Source: Menidia menidia (taxonomy: Eukaryota). Taken from it: DNA of 64,000 nucleotides. The translations under genes and the position numbers were made by a program. How positions within the stretch are numbered: the stretch's first letter is position 1; every line of letters starts with the position of its first letter. Below are positions 49,800 to 64,000 of this stretch, piece after piece. The stretch is from the NCBI GenBank assembly GCA_048628825.1, contig CM109626.1, forward strand, positions 17,085,077 to 17,149,076. Direction: 5' to 3'. Under the pieces are notes generated by a model. It worked only from the letters and a program-made list of their open reading frames with translations, was not told the origin of the DNA and did not search any database.

Positions 49800-52068
49800 G
49801 GCGGCGCGGTCCATCAGAACTTCTGGAGTCGAACTGCCGCTCTGAGTTTGTCAGCTAAAAAGAGGGGTGACAGAGTGAAGCAGAGGTCAGGCAGCAGGGT
49901 GACCAAACACGGTTCTGCTTTTACAATGAAGGAGTGTGCACACGAGAGGAGCCACGAAAACAGCAGGACAACACACTCAAACACACTGTCATCTCTGTAA
50001 AATCACTGAACGCACAACAGAGAACATCTCTCCTTCTCTGCCGTAGCTTGTCAGCGTTTGCCACATCTCCACGGTTCATTTTAACAGCATAGAAAAAAAA
50101 CGACCACTGTGTTTTTACATACCGTTTAGCCTCATGGCAAACTCTATCGAGCCACTTCACGGGTTGGAACGGTGCCTTTTCACTTTAAATGAGTTTAAAT
50201 TATTGTTTTAAATTAACATTCTGTGCAGCACTTCAGATTATACTTTTAAAATAACATCGATTTGCAAAGTCATCCTAGGTTTACAAGCAGCAAATCTTGT
50301 TTGTGTGGGGGTGTTAAACAAATTGTAATATCTGTACAGGGCTAGATTAAAACTTTGATAAGACGATTATTAACAAACTGGAAACAGATGAGTGTATGTT
50401 TGCCAATTAAGTTAAAAAAAAAGAACTGAGATAAGATGGTGATTTGTCCGGCTTCAGTCCCTTTAATGACCCTTTCCCAACATCTTAGTCTCCATTCCCA
50501 ACTAATTATTTGAAGTGATGTATGTTTTGGCCTCTGGATGCCTCTGCTGTGGTAACGGTGATCATTACAGTCTTGAATTCATGTGCTAAGTGCTTCCTGT
50601 GTGAGTGTGTTCAATGTACAGTGGTGGTTCCTTTTGGTTTGGAGTCCCGGCGTGAGCCCCAAACACCACGCTGTTTCCAGAAGAAGTAGCAGAGTGGCAA
50701 ACATCACAGTGTGTCCCAAACATGTCTGAATCCTGCTGGGTAACAACAACAGACTGATGTTTGCGCTTTTTGCCGGTGATGCTGGGTTTGTTTACCACAG
50801 CGACCATTTTGTGGGCGGACAAAAGTTTGCCAGTGTTATCGTGTGGAGAGGTCCAGAAATGACACGACCATCAGCCCATCAGCAAACGTACAATAAAAGG
50901 ATTTAGTCAGCTATGCACTGAAAAGAGATCAGAGTTGCATCAAAACGCTGAGGGGGGCTGTGGTCAGGAGTGTAAAGACCCGTGTTTTCATCAGAGGGTG
51001 GGAGGTACGACCTATTCAGCTCTCAGGGCCGTCGCCATCCCACAGCACTGTTTAAAAGATACCACCTGTCATTTGACACCGCATTGTTTTGTAAATATAT
51101 AGATTAAAAATGATATAATGCAACTCCTTTTTGTCTTGTGAATTATTTTTATTGCCTTTGTTTCTGCATCCGGATGATAAAAAAACTCATGTTTTACCCA
51201 TCACATTCACCATTGTTACCTTTACGTTTAAAATCCTGAACAAATCAGCACATTAGAGCATGTAAAGCACTGCTTTGTGTGTAAACTGAAATTATTTTGT
51301 CCTTTATTGAAGGAACAAGAATTTAGACTTCAGAAGTTTAAGCTGTTAACCTTTAAACATTCACCTTTTGGGCCCTTTTCACCATCTGTGCATCTCTGTC
51401 ATTTTAAGAACCATAGCTTGGGGGTGACATTAACATAGACCATAAGACGACGTTTCAAGTTGGTAAAAATAATCTTTATGGCAATTTAAGAATACAAAAA
51501 TTATTTTTGAAATATTTCCTTCCATTGGTTTTAGTATAAGTTATGTAATGATACAAAAACAGATAGCCACAGGTGGAAATTATCTCAGTAAAATCTTTTT
51601 TTGATCATTAGAAATTTGATTTTTACTGAGTTTCAGTGTTTCCGTGTGGTTTGTGGTTTTAAATACGATATTCCCAGTAAATGATGTTCCGACATCACAC
51701 CACCTTTTTGACTTCGTCGTTCTATACACAAGCAGCCATTTACATTTAGAAATAGTGTTTATAGATTTATTATGATAGCGTTTGCACACTGTAATCAAAT
51801 TGTAAACCCCACAGAGAGGTTCTATGAATTGTATTTCTACGTTCTGTTGCCGTGGCCCTTCCTGCATCACATTTTGACTGCAAAACTTTATTGTTCAAAG
51901 CCGGAAGACAAAACAGGCTACGTGTCAGGAAAAGGAGAATCGGCTAAAGGGGCGAAAGCGACAAGGCCCCCTGAGTCTACCTGTCTGCAGTATTTCAAGT
52001 TGTTTTTGTTGTCGAGTTGGAGTTATCTTTCCAAATTTTTATAGGGAGACAACTGAGGACCTGTGACG

Positions 52069-52108
52069 ATGTTAACCAAATTTGAGACAAAGTCGGCCCG
52101 AGTGAAAG
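52069..52108 (+). CDS. copa: copa (coatomer subunit alpha) coding exon 1
   Basis: MLTKFETKSARVK(G) is identical to the human COPA N-terminus. The donor is G|GTAAAA. Confidence 0.9.
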
Positions 52109-52357
52109 GTAAAAGAAGTCTAACCATACAGTTAGCACAGTAGCTAACGTTAGCTAGCTGACTTATCTTTAATTGATTTGTAAAGAGACTGATGGCTAAT
52201 ATATTACCTTCGTAAGATGTTTATACAGTTTAAATCCTTATTGCAACGACGTCGTACACTGACTTTGTTTAGATGTATCTTTATTTAACAGGCACCGCAT
52301 TGTTTGTGTAGCTAACATTAAAAAAAAAAGAATGACAATTTGATGCGCTTTCTTTGA

Positions 52358-52504
<147 letters not shown>

Positions 52505-52574
52505 TGACGTGTCCGGTGTGAGATCCCTGTTAAGTCGGATGGAAATAACTCTTTGTTTTTGGTATTATCTGAAG

Positions 52575-52648
52575 GTCCCGTCAGAGGTATTGATTTCCAC
52601 AAACAGCAGCCACTTTTTGTGTCCGGAGGAGATGACTACAAAATCAAG
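52575..52648 (+). CDS. copa: copa exon 3
   Basis: [24 protein letters not shown] is identical to human. Confidence 0.95.
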
Positions 52649-52726
52649 GTAAGACTGTGGGAGTACCACAAAATTCTTATTTCCATAAGTGTTTGCTAAA
52701 ATTAAACTAATACTAATAATTCTTGA

Positions 52727-52870
<144 letters not shown>

Positions 52871-52989
52871 TAACAGTGATACTTTTGTTGATTTTTTTCA
52901 CTGTGCATAAAACCAAACTAATTCAATGGTGTTCAAAGCCTGTATATTGTCTCTTTTACTGTAATAATGAGTTATAACCGTACATGTAG

Positions 52990-53066
52990 GAGTACCCTTG
53001 GATTCTGAGTGCTTCGGACGATCAAACCATTCGCATTTGGAACTGGCAGTCCAGGACCTGCGTGTG
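52990..53066 (+). CDS. copa: copa exon 5
   Basis: EYPWILSASDDQTIRIWNWQSRTCV is identical to human. Confidence 0.95.
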
Positions 53067-53346
53067 GTAAGAAGCTCTGTGTGTCTTATTGTTGGGGACT
53101 GGAGTTTAGATTTAAGATGGACTTGACCATGGAATTGTGAATTTTTAGCATATCCACAGATTTGATATGACACAATTATTACACATTAATCATTTTTTCA
53201 TTATATATATTTTTTGTCTTAAATAGGTTCATTATATCATTAAATGCCAAACCTTGATTAATAAACTCAGGATTGTTTTTAAAATTGACTTTAAGATACA
53301 TCTTAAAAAGTGTTATTGAATAGATTTGGTTTTCCCTGAAAAATGA

Positions 53347-53529
<183 letters not shown>

Positions 53530-55116
53530 TAGTGGGCTGGGTTTGGATGAGGGGTTGTAGACAGAGTGGCTTAAAGAATGAAGAAGGAGGCATGGACAGG
53601 AATGATGTCAATTCCTGGATGTCTTCTTCTTCTTCATTTTGTAGAGGACAGATCTCTGTGGGCTGTTTGCAGAAACACTCTCCTTTAGAACAGCTAGACA
53701 CTGAATGAACTGAAGATTTATGGTGTGGCATTTGTTTGGGAATGCCGCACTGTAAATACAGATCAGACAGTTACAGCATAATTTTGAAGAAACAGGAGAG
53801 GCGTTTCTGTGACTTTGCATGCTCTTAAAGTGTTTGGGATGTTTTTTTCCTTTCCTCTAATGTCTTATGTTTTTACACTAACTGAATAATTTATTACCTC
53901 TTTTATGTTGTAACATTTTATGTATGAAAATGCCAGAAACTTGGATCTTTGACTCTCATCTGCCCTGTCTCTTTATGCTTTGACATTCTTTGTGCTTTGA
54001 GCATTATAGCATCCATCTTTGACGAGTTTTAAAACTTCATGAAATGACATGACATAACTACGGCATGGACAGTTTCATATTACTCTGCATGCTTCATGCA
54101 TGACCAGAATTATCCTCCCTGAAAGGACCACTTTGCACTCAAACTCTCCCTATAGAAAGTTCAAAATGTTGTTTGTACCACTTTAATTTACTCAAAGACA
54201 AATGTCAACAATAACCACTAACGGGTTTTTTTTTTTTTTAAACTAACATTTCCTAAGTGTTGATATTAAAATATTCTCATATTCAGGCAGAGTCTCGCAT
54301 GGTTGGATCTGCTACTCGGATATAGAACATAGATTAAGTCATTCTAACATGAATTTTCACTATCTGGTTTTAATGCATGTAACTCAGACATTCTAACTGA
54401 AACATGCACGTACCTTTTAAGATCACAAACTTTCCAGCTCATTCTCCTGACATTCAACGCCCCATCAGAGCACGTCTTTACAACGCGACCCACCACACAC
54501 CCCGCCCCTCATCAGCCAAGTCCCCCTGTGTCCTGCTTGTCCCATGCTCCCCCTGGAAACATCCACATCTGCACATGGGCTCCTAGAGCCCTTTCTTTCC
54601 TTTATATGCTTTTCCCCCTACTGCTGTTGAGCTACCTGTTCACCACACTGACTTATTGGGGTGAAATCATGAATACAAACTGTGTCTTCTTGTAGTTTTC
54701 TCTCCCGATCTCATAAGTCTTGGAGGTAATCGGTAATCTTGATCTGACATCCAGTCAAATCATAAAAATTCCTCTGTATTGATTCATTAACCTAATCAAC
54801 AGTTGCTGCTTTTAAGATTGCTTCCAGACTTAAGCTTTGGGGTAATGAGAAGGCAAAAGTTGTGTTAGTGTGTTTCAGCCCTGTGTGTGTGTTCGGTGGT
54901 CCAACAGTTTCCAATCCTTTCTTCCCTTATTTTTTAAATTTTTTTATTTTTTTGCTGGCTTTCTTCTCCCAGGATACTGGCCCGTATTTGACCATTTGTA
55001 TAATCTGTGTGTTATCCTTTGTGTTTTTTCTTCCACGGTTGTATCGGGGTCCTGCCCTGTGTAACATGAAAATGGCTTTCCTTGCGTGCGCACGGTGCTC
55101 TGAATGATGGTTCCAG

Positions 55117-55226
55117 GTCTGAGGAAGAAGAATTTGTCTCCCGGCGCCGTGGAGACGGATGTGCGCGGCATCTCTGGAGTGGACTTGTTTGGCGCCTCAG
55201 ATGCTGTTGTGAAGCATGTCCTGGAG
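55117..55226 (+). CDS. copa: copa exon 7
   Basis: [36 protein letters not shown]. Confidence 0.95.
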
Positions 55227-55251
55227 GTGAGCGGGTCCTATCACTGTTTAG

Positions 55252-55653
<402 letters not shown>

Positions 55654-55680
55654 TGACTTCTAATGTCTTTAAAATGGTGA

Positions 55681-55926
<246 letters not shown>

Positions 55927-56057
55927 TAGTTTCACAAACCTACATCTGGATTGATTTGAACAGGGCAGTAACCTGTAAACGGATGTTAGAAAGTGGAGTG
56001 CAGAAACCGAAATTTAGTAAGAATTTTGCCCTGGCTGATTTTTGTTTCGTCCTTCAG

Positions 56058-56208
56058 GTCACGATAGCGGCATGATTGTGTTCAAGCTGGAACGCGAGCG
56101 CCCCGCATACGCTGTGCACGGCAACATGCTGTACTACGTGAAGGACCGCTTCCTCCGTCAGCTGGACTTCAACAGCAGCAAAGACACCGCCGTCATGCAG
56201 CTGCGCAG
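56058..56208 (+). CDS. copa: copa exon 10
   Basis: [49 protein letters not shown]. Confidence 0.95.
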
Positions 56209-56655
56209 GTCGGCATCAGCTCAGTTATTCCTAAAGAAATACAGCCACTTATGGACTAAATCAAAGTTTTTAATGTTACTATTTTACCAAAATCTTTGCA
56301 AAGCTTCATCTAAATTTTTCTGATCAGCAAGTTGGCTGGAAAATGATTAAACTGGGTGACTTAGCTTCTGGAAAAAAAGGTCATAGACGAAATGAGTTGC
56401 GGCCCACCAAACAAATTTTGAATAAAAGCAGAATATGAGCAGAACAACACATACATGTACCCAGAAATCACAAACAGGGGCTCTCTTTAAGGATTATCAG
56501 TTTAGTGAGCCCTCAATTTGTCCTGCTAACACTGTTCTCTCCTCGGCTAAGAATTTACCTGCTTTGTGGACGCAAAAGTCTGTGGTTTCTTGAAAATGGG
56601 TGAGAGCAAACATGCAAAAAGTCTGTTTTTAATGAATTGTTATCCTCTTCCACAG

Positions 56656-56722
56656 TGGGTCGAAGTTCCCGGTGTTCAGCATGTCTTACAACCCTGCTGA
56701 AAACGCCGTGCTTCTCTGCACC
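56656..56722 (+). CDS. copa: copa exon 11
   Basis: [23 protein letters not shown]. Confidence 0.95.
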
Positions 56723-56803
56723 GTAAGCCTTTCTCCACCTGTAAATGCAGCCTGTTGCAGTGGTTTTGTGTACATTTTGTGTAATGGTTTGTGCTTCCTG
56801 TAG

Positions 56804-56879
56804 AGAGCAACCAACCTGGAGAACAGCACCTATGACCTGTACTCCATTCCCAAAGAAAGTGACTCCCAGAACCCTGATG
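56804..56879 (+). CDS. copa: copa exon 12
   Basis: [25 protein letters not shown]. Confidence 0.95.
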
Positions 56880-56928
56880 GTAAGTACACTACTACTGAGG
56901 GTTGTTCTAAAAATTCATGCACAGTTAG

Positions 56929-57144
<216 letters not shown>

Positions 57145-57354
57145 TGATCATCCATGATTGATATTTATGAATGTGGTGGAGAGTATGAGTAATACAGGGT
57201 TATGAGTGGGCTCAGGGGAGGATTATTCCAACAGAGAAAATATGACTGTGTTGTCCTATATTCATTTTAAGCATTTTTATGTTTTATGCCTGCAAGGATG
57301 ATCTTTGCTTTGTTTAAAAGTTGTTTAATAGGAGATTTTCTTTTTTCATCACAG

Positions 57355-57580
57355 CTTCTGATTAAAAACCTGAAGAATGAGATCGTGAAGAAAGTCCAGG
57401 TGCCGAGCTGCGAGGAAATCTTCTACGCGGGCACCGGCTCGCTGCTGCTGCGCGACGCTGACGGCATCACGCTGTTCGACGTGCAGCAGAAGCGCTCTCT
57501 GGCCACCGTCAAAATCGCCAAGGTCAAGTACGTGGTGTGGAGCTCTGACACCAGCCACGTGGCTCTGCTGGCCAAACACG
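57355..57580 (+). CDS. copa: copa exon 14
   Basis: [75 protein letters not shown]. Confidence 0.95.
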
Positions 57581-57854
57581 GTGAGCCAGAGATTTTTACA
57601 AAAAAACTGCTGATTAGGCTGAGAAATGCTCCACATTTCTATCAGATTGTGCCTTACAACATCAGTAACATCTCAAAGTCGATGCTACATTTTGAGGATT
57701 TGATTGATATAATCTCTGAATTCTTTGAAAAAATGTTTAAAAAACTCAACTCAAAACCCCCAGAGCAGGTTTTATTCAGCCAATAGAACATGTGAAATTT
57801 GTCTTTGTGGGTAGGAGTAAAAGTCACTCTCTTCTTTTGCCTTTCCCCCATCAG

Positions 57855-57993
57855 CTATTATGATCTGCAACCGTAAGCTGGAGAGTCTTTGCAACATTCA
57901 TGAGAACATCAGAGTGAAGAGCGGAGCCTGGGACGAGAGTGGGGTCTTCATCTACACCACCTCCAACCACATTAAATACGCCCTGACTTCAGG
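57855..57993 (+). CDS. copa: copa exon 15
   Basis: [47 protein letters not shown]. Confidence 0.95.
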
Positions 57994-58128
57994 GTAGGTC
58001 CACAACTTTTATCGGTTGTTGTTGCATAGAAGTTTGAACAAATTTATTTCTGGTTGCTTCGGTTCAGAGGTGCACCTTTTTAAACAGCAGCTTTGTTATG
58101 ATACAGTACTTTTCTGTTGTCCCTGCAG

Positions 58129-58291
58129 TGATCACGGCATCATCAGGACCCTGGATTTGCCCATTTATGTGACCCGTGTGCGAGGGAACAGCGTCTACTG
58201 CCTGGACAGAGAGTGCAGGCCCCGTGTCCTCACCATCGACCCCACGGAGTACCGCTTCAAGCTGGCCCTGGTCAACCGTAAATACGATGAG
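58129..58291 (+). CDS. copa: copa exon 16
   Basis: [54 protein letters not shown]. Confidence 0.95.
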
Positions 58292-58306
58292 GTGCGTTCG
58301 CTGTAG

Positions 58307-58585
<279 letters not shown>

Positions 58586-58650
58586 TAAGAAAAAAAAAAA
58601 CTGCTGCCGGACAGTCTGTCGGATCAACAGTGACCTCTGTTTGCCTCCAG

Positions 58651-58840
58651 GTGGCGCTGGAGGCGGCGAAGGCCCTGGATGAGCGCAGCTGCTGGGAGCG
58701 TCTGGGCGAGGCGGCTCTGCTCCAGGGGCACCACCAGGTGGTGGAAATGTGCTACCAGAGGACCAAGAACTTCGACAAGCTCACCTTCCTCTACCTCATC
58801 ACTGGGAATTTGGCCAAGCTGCGCAAAATGATGAAGATTG
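58651..58840 (+). CDS. copa: copa exon 18
   Basis: [63 protein letters not shown]. Confidence 0.95.
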
Positions 58841-58905
58841 GTGAGTTCTGATGATTTATTCTAAATGTATAGCAATTGGATGCAATGTTATTTCATATAC
58901 AATGA

Positions 58906-59133
<228 letters not shown>

Positions 59134-59693
59134 TAAGTCACCCATCCATTTAAAAGTTTAAGATGTTAAAATTGTCTTGTTTCAATGCTTTCATTTAAAA
59201 AGACAAATGAACCACGATGCATGTTTTTTTATTTTCTGCAATATGAGTAAAACATATACTGTGATAATCTCTCAGAATTGGAGGCCTTCCATCAGGGGTA
59301 TCAGGGTCATTAAATGGGAACTAAACACACGAGCGTCAGCACTGTTTGTTTAGAGGCAATCCGGTTGCTTCTAGAATATTTTCAGTAGTTTTCCATGTCG
59401 GTGTTGCTATGGTGCCCGATCCTGTATTCTATAAATGTTTGGACCACCTGTTTAAAATGCGGAAGATTTTGGAACATATTTTGAAACCTGTGTCCATTTA
59501 GACAAGTAAATTATCAGTAATTCTCATTATTACTGTCTATGTACATGTACAGAGCAAAGTTACATTTAGAAATCTATTATTATGGTAACATTTCTACATC
59601 TTAAATTGAATATTTTCAGTTAAAGAAATTAAGCATTCGCTATGTTGTACCATAAAACAAAAATGAAAACATAAGACGGTAATAACTTGGTAA

Positions 59694-59816
<123 letters not shown>

Positions 59817-59943
59817 TGACGCGTAACACGGGAGAAGTAGTAGACACTGTAGTCTAAAGGCTTGTACAATAATGCCATAGTGTTTCTGATGTAATGACCC
59901 ACGACTTATTCGCTGACATGAGGATTGGCCTTGTGCCTCGTAG

Positions 59944-60067
59944 GTGCCAGAGGTTGATCCGAATGCACAGCTGCTGCAGCCTCCTCCACCCGTCAACCCT
60001 CTGGACACCAACTGGCCTCTGCTCACCGTGTCAAAGGGCTTCTTTGAGGGAGCCATTGCCGCAAAAG
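59944..60067 (+). CDS. copa: copa exon 21
   Basis: [42 protein letters not shown]. Confidence 0.95.
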
Positions 60068-60155
60068 GTGAGTCATAGGGCATGAAACACGACTTTCTTT
60101 GTGCTGCAGTCACTTGTGCGGGAGTGAGAGCAGCGTGTTTCCGTTGGTGTCGCAG

Positions 60156-60245
60156 GGAAAGCGGGTCAGATGGCTGCAGACCTGGATATGGATGCTGCTG
60201 GAGGCGAGGGCTGGGGAGACGATGCTGAGCTGACCATGGTGGAAG
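60156..60245 (+). CDS. copa: copa exon 22 (acidic linker)
   Basis: KAGQMAADLDMDAAGGEGWGDDAELTMVE. Confidence 0.9.
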
Positions 60246-60333
60246 GTAAATGCAGAATTCATCGAAAGATGTTTTCCTTCTTAAATTTTAGAAGTACTTT
60301 TTTTTTAAGTGTCTGTGTTTCTGTCTTTCTCAG

Positions 60334-60437
60334 ATGGCTTTGTGGATGCCCAAGAGGGATTCGGGGATGAGGGAATCGCGAAAGAGGAGGGAGGAGGCTG
60401 GGAGGTTGAGGAAGACTTGGAGCTTCCTCCGGAGCTT
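60334..60437 (+). CDS. copa: copa exon 23 (acidic linker)
   Basis: [35 protein letters not shown]. Confidence 0.9.
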
Positions 60438-60583
60438 GTAAGATCCACATCATTATATACCCAAAAACTGAGAACGCCTTCAGTCTCATCAGATTTTTTA
60501 AAAAGTGTTTGTTTGTGCCTTAAGACACTGAAATGTCTTCATGTCAAGCATGAATTTCCAAATGTAAACTCTTCTCCAAACAG

Positions 60584-60730
60584 GACGTGCCCGTGGGAGC
60601 AGGTGGAGGAACAGAGGATGGGTTCTTCGTCCCTCCCACCAAGGGCACGAGTCCCAGCCAGATGTGGTGCAACAACTCCCAGCTGTCGGTGGACCACATC
60701 CTGGCCGGCTCCTTCGAAACGGCCATGAGA
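60584..60730 (+). CDS. copa: copa exon 24
   Basis: [49 protein letters not shown]. Confidence 0.95.
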
Positions 60731-60839
60731 GTACGCTCATCACACCATACGTTGCTTCCATTCTGCTTGGTGCCTAATTTGTGTCTAATTTGCTACTCGC
60801 ATGTGCAGTAAGGCCGAGCTCTATCTTTGTCTTCCACAG

Positions 60840-60980
60840 CTGCTCCACGACCAGGTTGGAGTGGTGAACTTTGGGCCCTACAAGTCGCTCTTCATGCAGA
60901 CCATGTCCAGAGGCCGGACCTGCTACCTGGGCCTGCCTTCGCTGCCCTGCCTGCGCAGCCACCCGCAGCGGAACTGGAAG
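60840..60980 (+). CDS. copa: copa exon 25
   Basis: [47 protein letters not shown]. Confidence 0.95.
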
Positions 60981-61057
60981 GTACAGCTGTTGGTTTGGTA
61001 GCTTAGCAGATGTTTCCAGATGTACGTTTGTGTTTAAACGTCTTGTGTTCTGGTCAG

Positions 61058-61240
61058 GACTGCGGCCTGAAGCAGGGGCTGCCCGCCGTGGGGCTGCGCC
61101 TCTCTGACCTCATCGCCCGCCTGCAGCAGTGCTACCAGCTGACCACCGCCGGGCGCTTCGAGGAGGCGGTGGAGCGCTTCAGGGCCATCCTGCTCTCCGT
61201 GCCCCTGCTGGTGGTCGACAACAAGCAGGAAATCGCAGAG
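61058..61240 (+). CDS. copa: copa exon 26
   Basis: [61 protein letters not shown]. Confidence 0.95.
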
Positions 61241-61351
61241 GTTGGCTCCAGGCCTGCCGTCCACCATGTCTTTGCCTGTGGTCATTTAACGGTTTCCGCC
61301 TCACTTCCGTGAACTACTTTGCTAAATGCGACTCGTCTGAATGCGTTTCAG

Positions 61352-61462
61352 GCTCAGCAGCTGATCACAATCTGCAGAGAGTACATTGTGGGTCTGACCA
61401 TGGAGACCGAGAGGAAGAAGCTGCCTAAAGACACGTTGGATCAGCAGAAGAGGCTGTGTGAG
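61352..61462 (+). CDS. copa: copa exon 27
   Basis: [37 protein letters not shown]. Confidence 0.95.
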
Positions 61463-61654
61463 GTAAAGGATTATGTCACCATTAAAAAGCCCTTTTTACT
61501 TTTTATGATTAAGACATAGTGGTCATCCAAACTGCCCCTCCACAATACTGCAGCTGAGGGGCTAGATGGCCACACTGCCTTGGCCCCAAAAGTGAAGAAG
61601 AGCTTTGTACCTGCAAAATAGAAATCACCGCATTCTGTTTGTTTTTCCTTGCAG

Positions 61655-61816
61655 ATGGCTGCTTATTTCACCCACTGCAACCTGCAGCCCGTCCACATGG
61701 TGCTGGTGTTGCGCACCGCTCTGAACCTCTTCTTCAAACTCCGTAACTTTAAAACAGCGGCAGGATTTGCACGACGCCTCCTCGAGCTCGGGCCGAAGCC
61801 AGATGTCGCACAGCAG
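61655..61816 (+). CDS. copa: copa exon 28
   Basis: [54 protein letters not shown]. Confidence 0.95.
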
Positions 61817-61904
61817 GTTTTTGTCAATGTCCACGTTGCGTCTGAAGCTATTACGCTGCTCTTCATCTCGTGCCGATTTTAACGTGGATCTCCCCGATAT
61901 TTAG

Positions 61905-62099
61905 ACCCGGAAAATTTTGGCGGCCTGTGAGAAAACTCTGACGGACGCCCATCAGTTGAACTACGATCCCCACAATCCATTCGACCTGTGCGCCGCCTCC
62001 TACGTTCCCCTCTACCGCGGGCGTCCGGTTGAGAAATGCCCGCTGTCTGGAGCCTGCTACTGCCCCACTTATAAGGGCCAGATCTGCAGGGTCACTCAG
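61905..62099 (+). CDS. copa: copa exon 29
   Basis: [65 protein letters not shown]. Confidence 0.95.
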
Positions 62100-62795
62100 G
62101 TAGGCCCGGTCACCCTTTAAGTAACAGAAGCCTCAGCAGTTTCTCAGATTAATACACTGTCACGAAAAAGGGACGATGTGATTCAATTGACGTTACAAAT
62201 GTACATCTAAATGCAAATGTTGCTGAAGAACGAAATAGTTAAAATACCACTTTTTTTTTAAACTTTATTTTGAAATTTTCAATTTTAGAAGAACAATACA
62301 ACTTAATACCATTGAAATAAAAACAAAACAATATATAATATGGAAAATCATATTAACGGTAATCCAAAAAACAGATTATCAAAAATAATCGATCATTTAT
62401 CTAGAAAAGTGAAAAGAAAAATAGGAAAAACAAATAAGTAGATAAATCTAAATAAATATTCAAGGGTGGGTTTCTTCTTCCACTCTACAGTTGCCAATCG
62501 AAGGTTATTCAGTTAGACAGCAATGCTCTGATTACTTCAGTTGTCACTTAATTAACTTACATTGAATTAAAAAATCTAATTTTTCTGCTTTTTATAAGAA
62601 TTATTAGAATTTTCAGGTATAGGGATTTTTCCAGGTTTAAGTTTGAATGTTTGTTCTAATATCATAAAACATAACTGTTCCACAGTGTTCAGTCCAATTT
62701 GTTCTGTACAGAGATTATCTTAAAAGATAATGATTACAATACTTCTTTCTCTTTAAAAAAAAGAAATCTAAGCGACATTTTACGTGCATTTGCAG

Positions 62796-62855
62796 GTGAC
62801 GGAGATCGGAAAGGATGTGATCGGTCTTCGTGTGAGTCCACTCCAGTTCCGCTAG
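62796..62855 (+). CDS. copa: copa terminal exon 30
   Basis: VTEIGKDVIGLRVSPLQFR* is identical to the human COPA C-terminus. The summed CDS is 3669 nt, or 1223 codons. Confidence 0.95.
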   Translation: MTEIGKDVIGLRVSPLQFR

Positions 62856-63570
62856 AAAGAAGAGGTGGAACTGCTCAGCAGATATTTCCCTGAATTCTCC
62901 GGAGAGTTGAATACAGTGATATACTTTTTGTTGTCCTCTGGGTGGTGTTAACACTCACAGTCCTCTCAGCTAATCACCTATTCTATCTTTCAAAAGTCTA
63001 TTAAGTGCTGTTGCATTAACACTTCCTTGTGTGCTTTATTAAGTCTGTAAAAACCTCACTGTTTGCTTTCTTTGGCTGTAAAGATCCCAAATAAATCAAG
63101 AAAAATGAGTAACTCTGCTCTGTGTATCTTGGAAAAATAAATGGAAACCCTAGATCTGAAACGTGTGGGTGTGACTTTATGAGCTTTTTTTTATGTGGTT
63201 GTGGTTTAGTGCCAGTGTGGCATCTTTGTGGTGAGTAAAACTGAGAGGATTTTTTTGGGTGTTTTTTATTCAGACCTGGAAATTGAACTTGAACCACAAG
63301 CCAAGTCAATCTTGCAATTCACAATGAGTTCACTGACCTCTGGAGAGGTGCTTCACAAGAAAAGGCGAGACTTATCTGCTCAATAACCAAATGCATAGAT
63401 ATACACCAAAACTACATCGATATATCTTTTTAAATGGGCTGAGAGAGCCAGAACTTTTTTTTTGTGTGTGTGGCGAATATAGTGAGCGGAACAGCAGAGC
63501 CCGGATGTTTCCCAGATATTCACTTCCTGTTGTGTTTTTCTGCTTTTCTAACCAGGAAGATGGATTTGCA

Positions 63571-63627
63571 GTCGAACAAATGGATCGTTAATATTGTATT
63601 CTTTTTGTTTTTGGCTGGTAAGTCGCT
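63571..63627 (+). other. Candidate first coding exon of a downstream gene: ATG, hydrophobic signal-peptide-like MDLQSNKWIVNIVFFLFLAG, then a GTAAGT donor
   Basis: ATG at 63571 and a strong donor G|GTAAGT at 63628. Human COPA is followed by NCSTN, but the N-terminus is too short to assign. Confidence 0.25.
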
Positions 63628-64000
63628 GCCCAACTCGGATAGACCCGTGTTTCTACAAATATGTAAACGACTTAAGTGCGTTTCTCTTTCAGGCGGTTAG
63701 CTTGGCAGACTTCTTTGTGTTCGAGTTAGCTAAAGCTACGCTAGTTAGCGTTAGCAACGGCTGGCCGGTTCCTCTTCAGTTTACACAGAATTTTCTTTTT
63801 AATCAAGTTTTACAATGGGGCTCTGAATTATTATTAAATGTAACACAACTCCGCCTTTACGACGTTCGGAAATGAACTTATAACTTGTTGTCAGTGGCTA
63901 TTATTCACTTTTTATGGAAGTAAGCCGGAGGTTGGAGCTGCCCTCCCCGGAGGTGGAACACAGGCTCAGCGTGACAGCTCGTGATTTTACCGCAGCGGCC

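Noticed and set aside
63700-63790. tRNA-like impression from gttcgag and repeated gctagttagcgttagc strings
   Set aside because: There is no cloverleaf-compatible 72-nt structure and no conserved GTTCGANTC T-loop with matching acceptor stems. It is probably simple sequence.

Overview
This window is vertebrate DNA, almost certainly teleost fish: the genes are multi-exon with GT-AG introns, and the repeats include a teleost L2-type LINE tail and a piggyBac DNA transposon. It is not prokaryotic, and I found no CRISPR array, operon or defence-type system. Six protein-coding genes can be reconstructed by homology-guided splicing, and all of them close their reading frames. They are: (1) sdr39u1 on the minus strand at 1292-2845, five coding exons, with the ATG-containing first exon not located; (2) ltb4r, a leukotriene B4 receptor GPCR, on the minus strand at 6716-8451, with three coding exons; (3) nfatc4 on the plus strand at 14573-26998, 13 coding exons giving about 886 aa; (4) a single-exon myadm-like gene (myeloid-associated differentiation marker family) on the minus strand at 34631-35512; (5) pex19 on the plus strand at 44698-49799, 8 exons giving 287 aa and ending in the farnesylation motif CSVM; (6) copa (coatomer alpha) on the plus strand at 52069-62855, 30 exons giving 1222 aa. 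A possible first coding exon of a further gene lies at about 63571-63627. Mobile DNA comprises a 5'-truncated L2-clade LINE (reverse-transcriptase ORF, conserved teleost LINE/SINE tail motif and a (GATT)n end) at about 40.5-43.0 kb, and a decayed piggyBac-family transposon in pex19 intron 1 with perfect 15-bp terminal inverted repeats (TIRs) and TTAA target-site duplications (TSDs). Several simple-sequence tracts lie in the nfatc4 promoter and intron 1: a 25-bp minisatellite, a roughly 300-bp polypurine tract and a roughly 39-nt poly-C run. The gene order joins two blocks known from human: SDR39U1-LTB4R-NFATC4 (14q11.2) and PEX19-COPA (1q23). Smaller points worth checking are two probable GC-AG introns (nfatc4 intron 4 and copa intron 9), introns inside the ltb4r coding region, and a YY1/CTCF-like motif plus a CRE-like motif in the pex19 core promoter.
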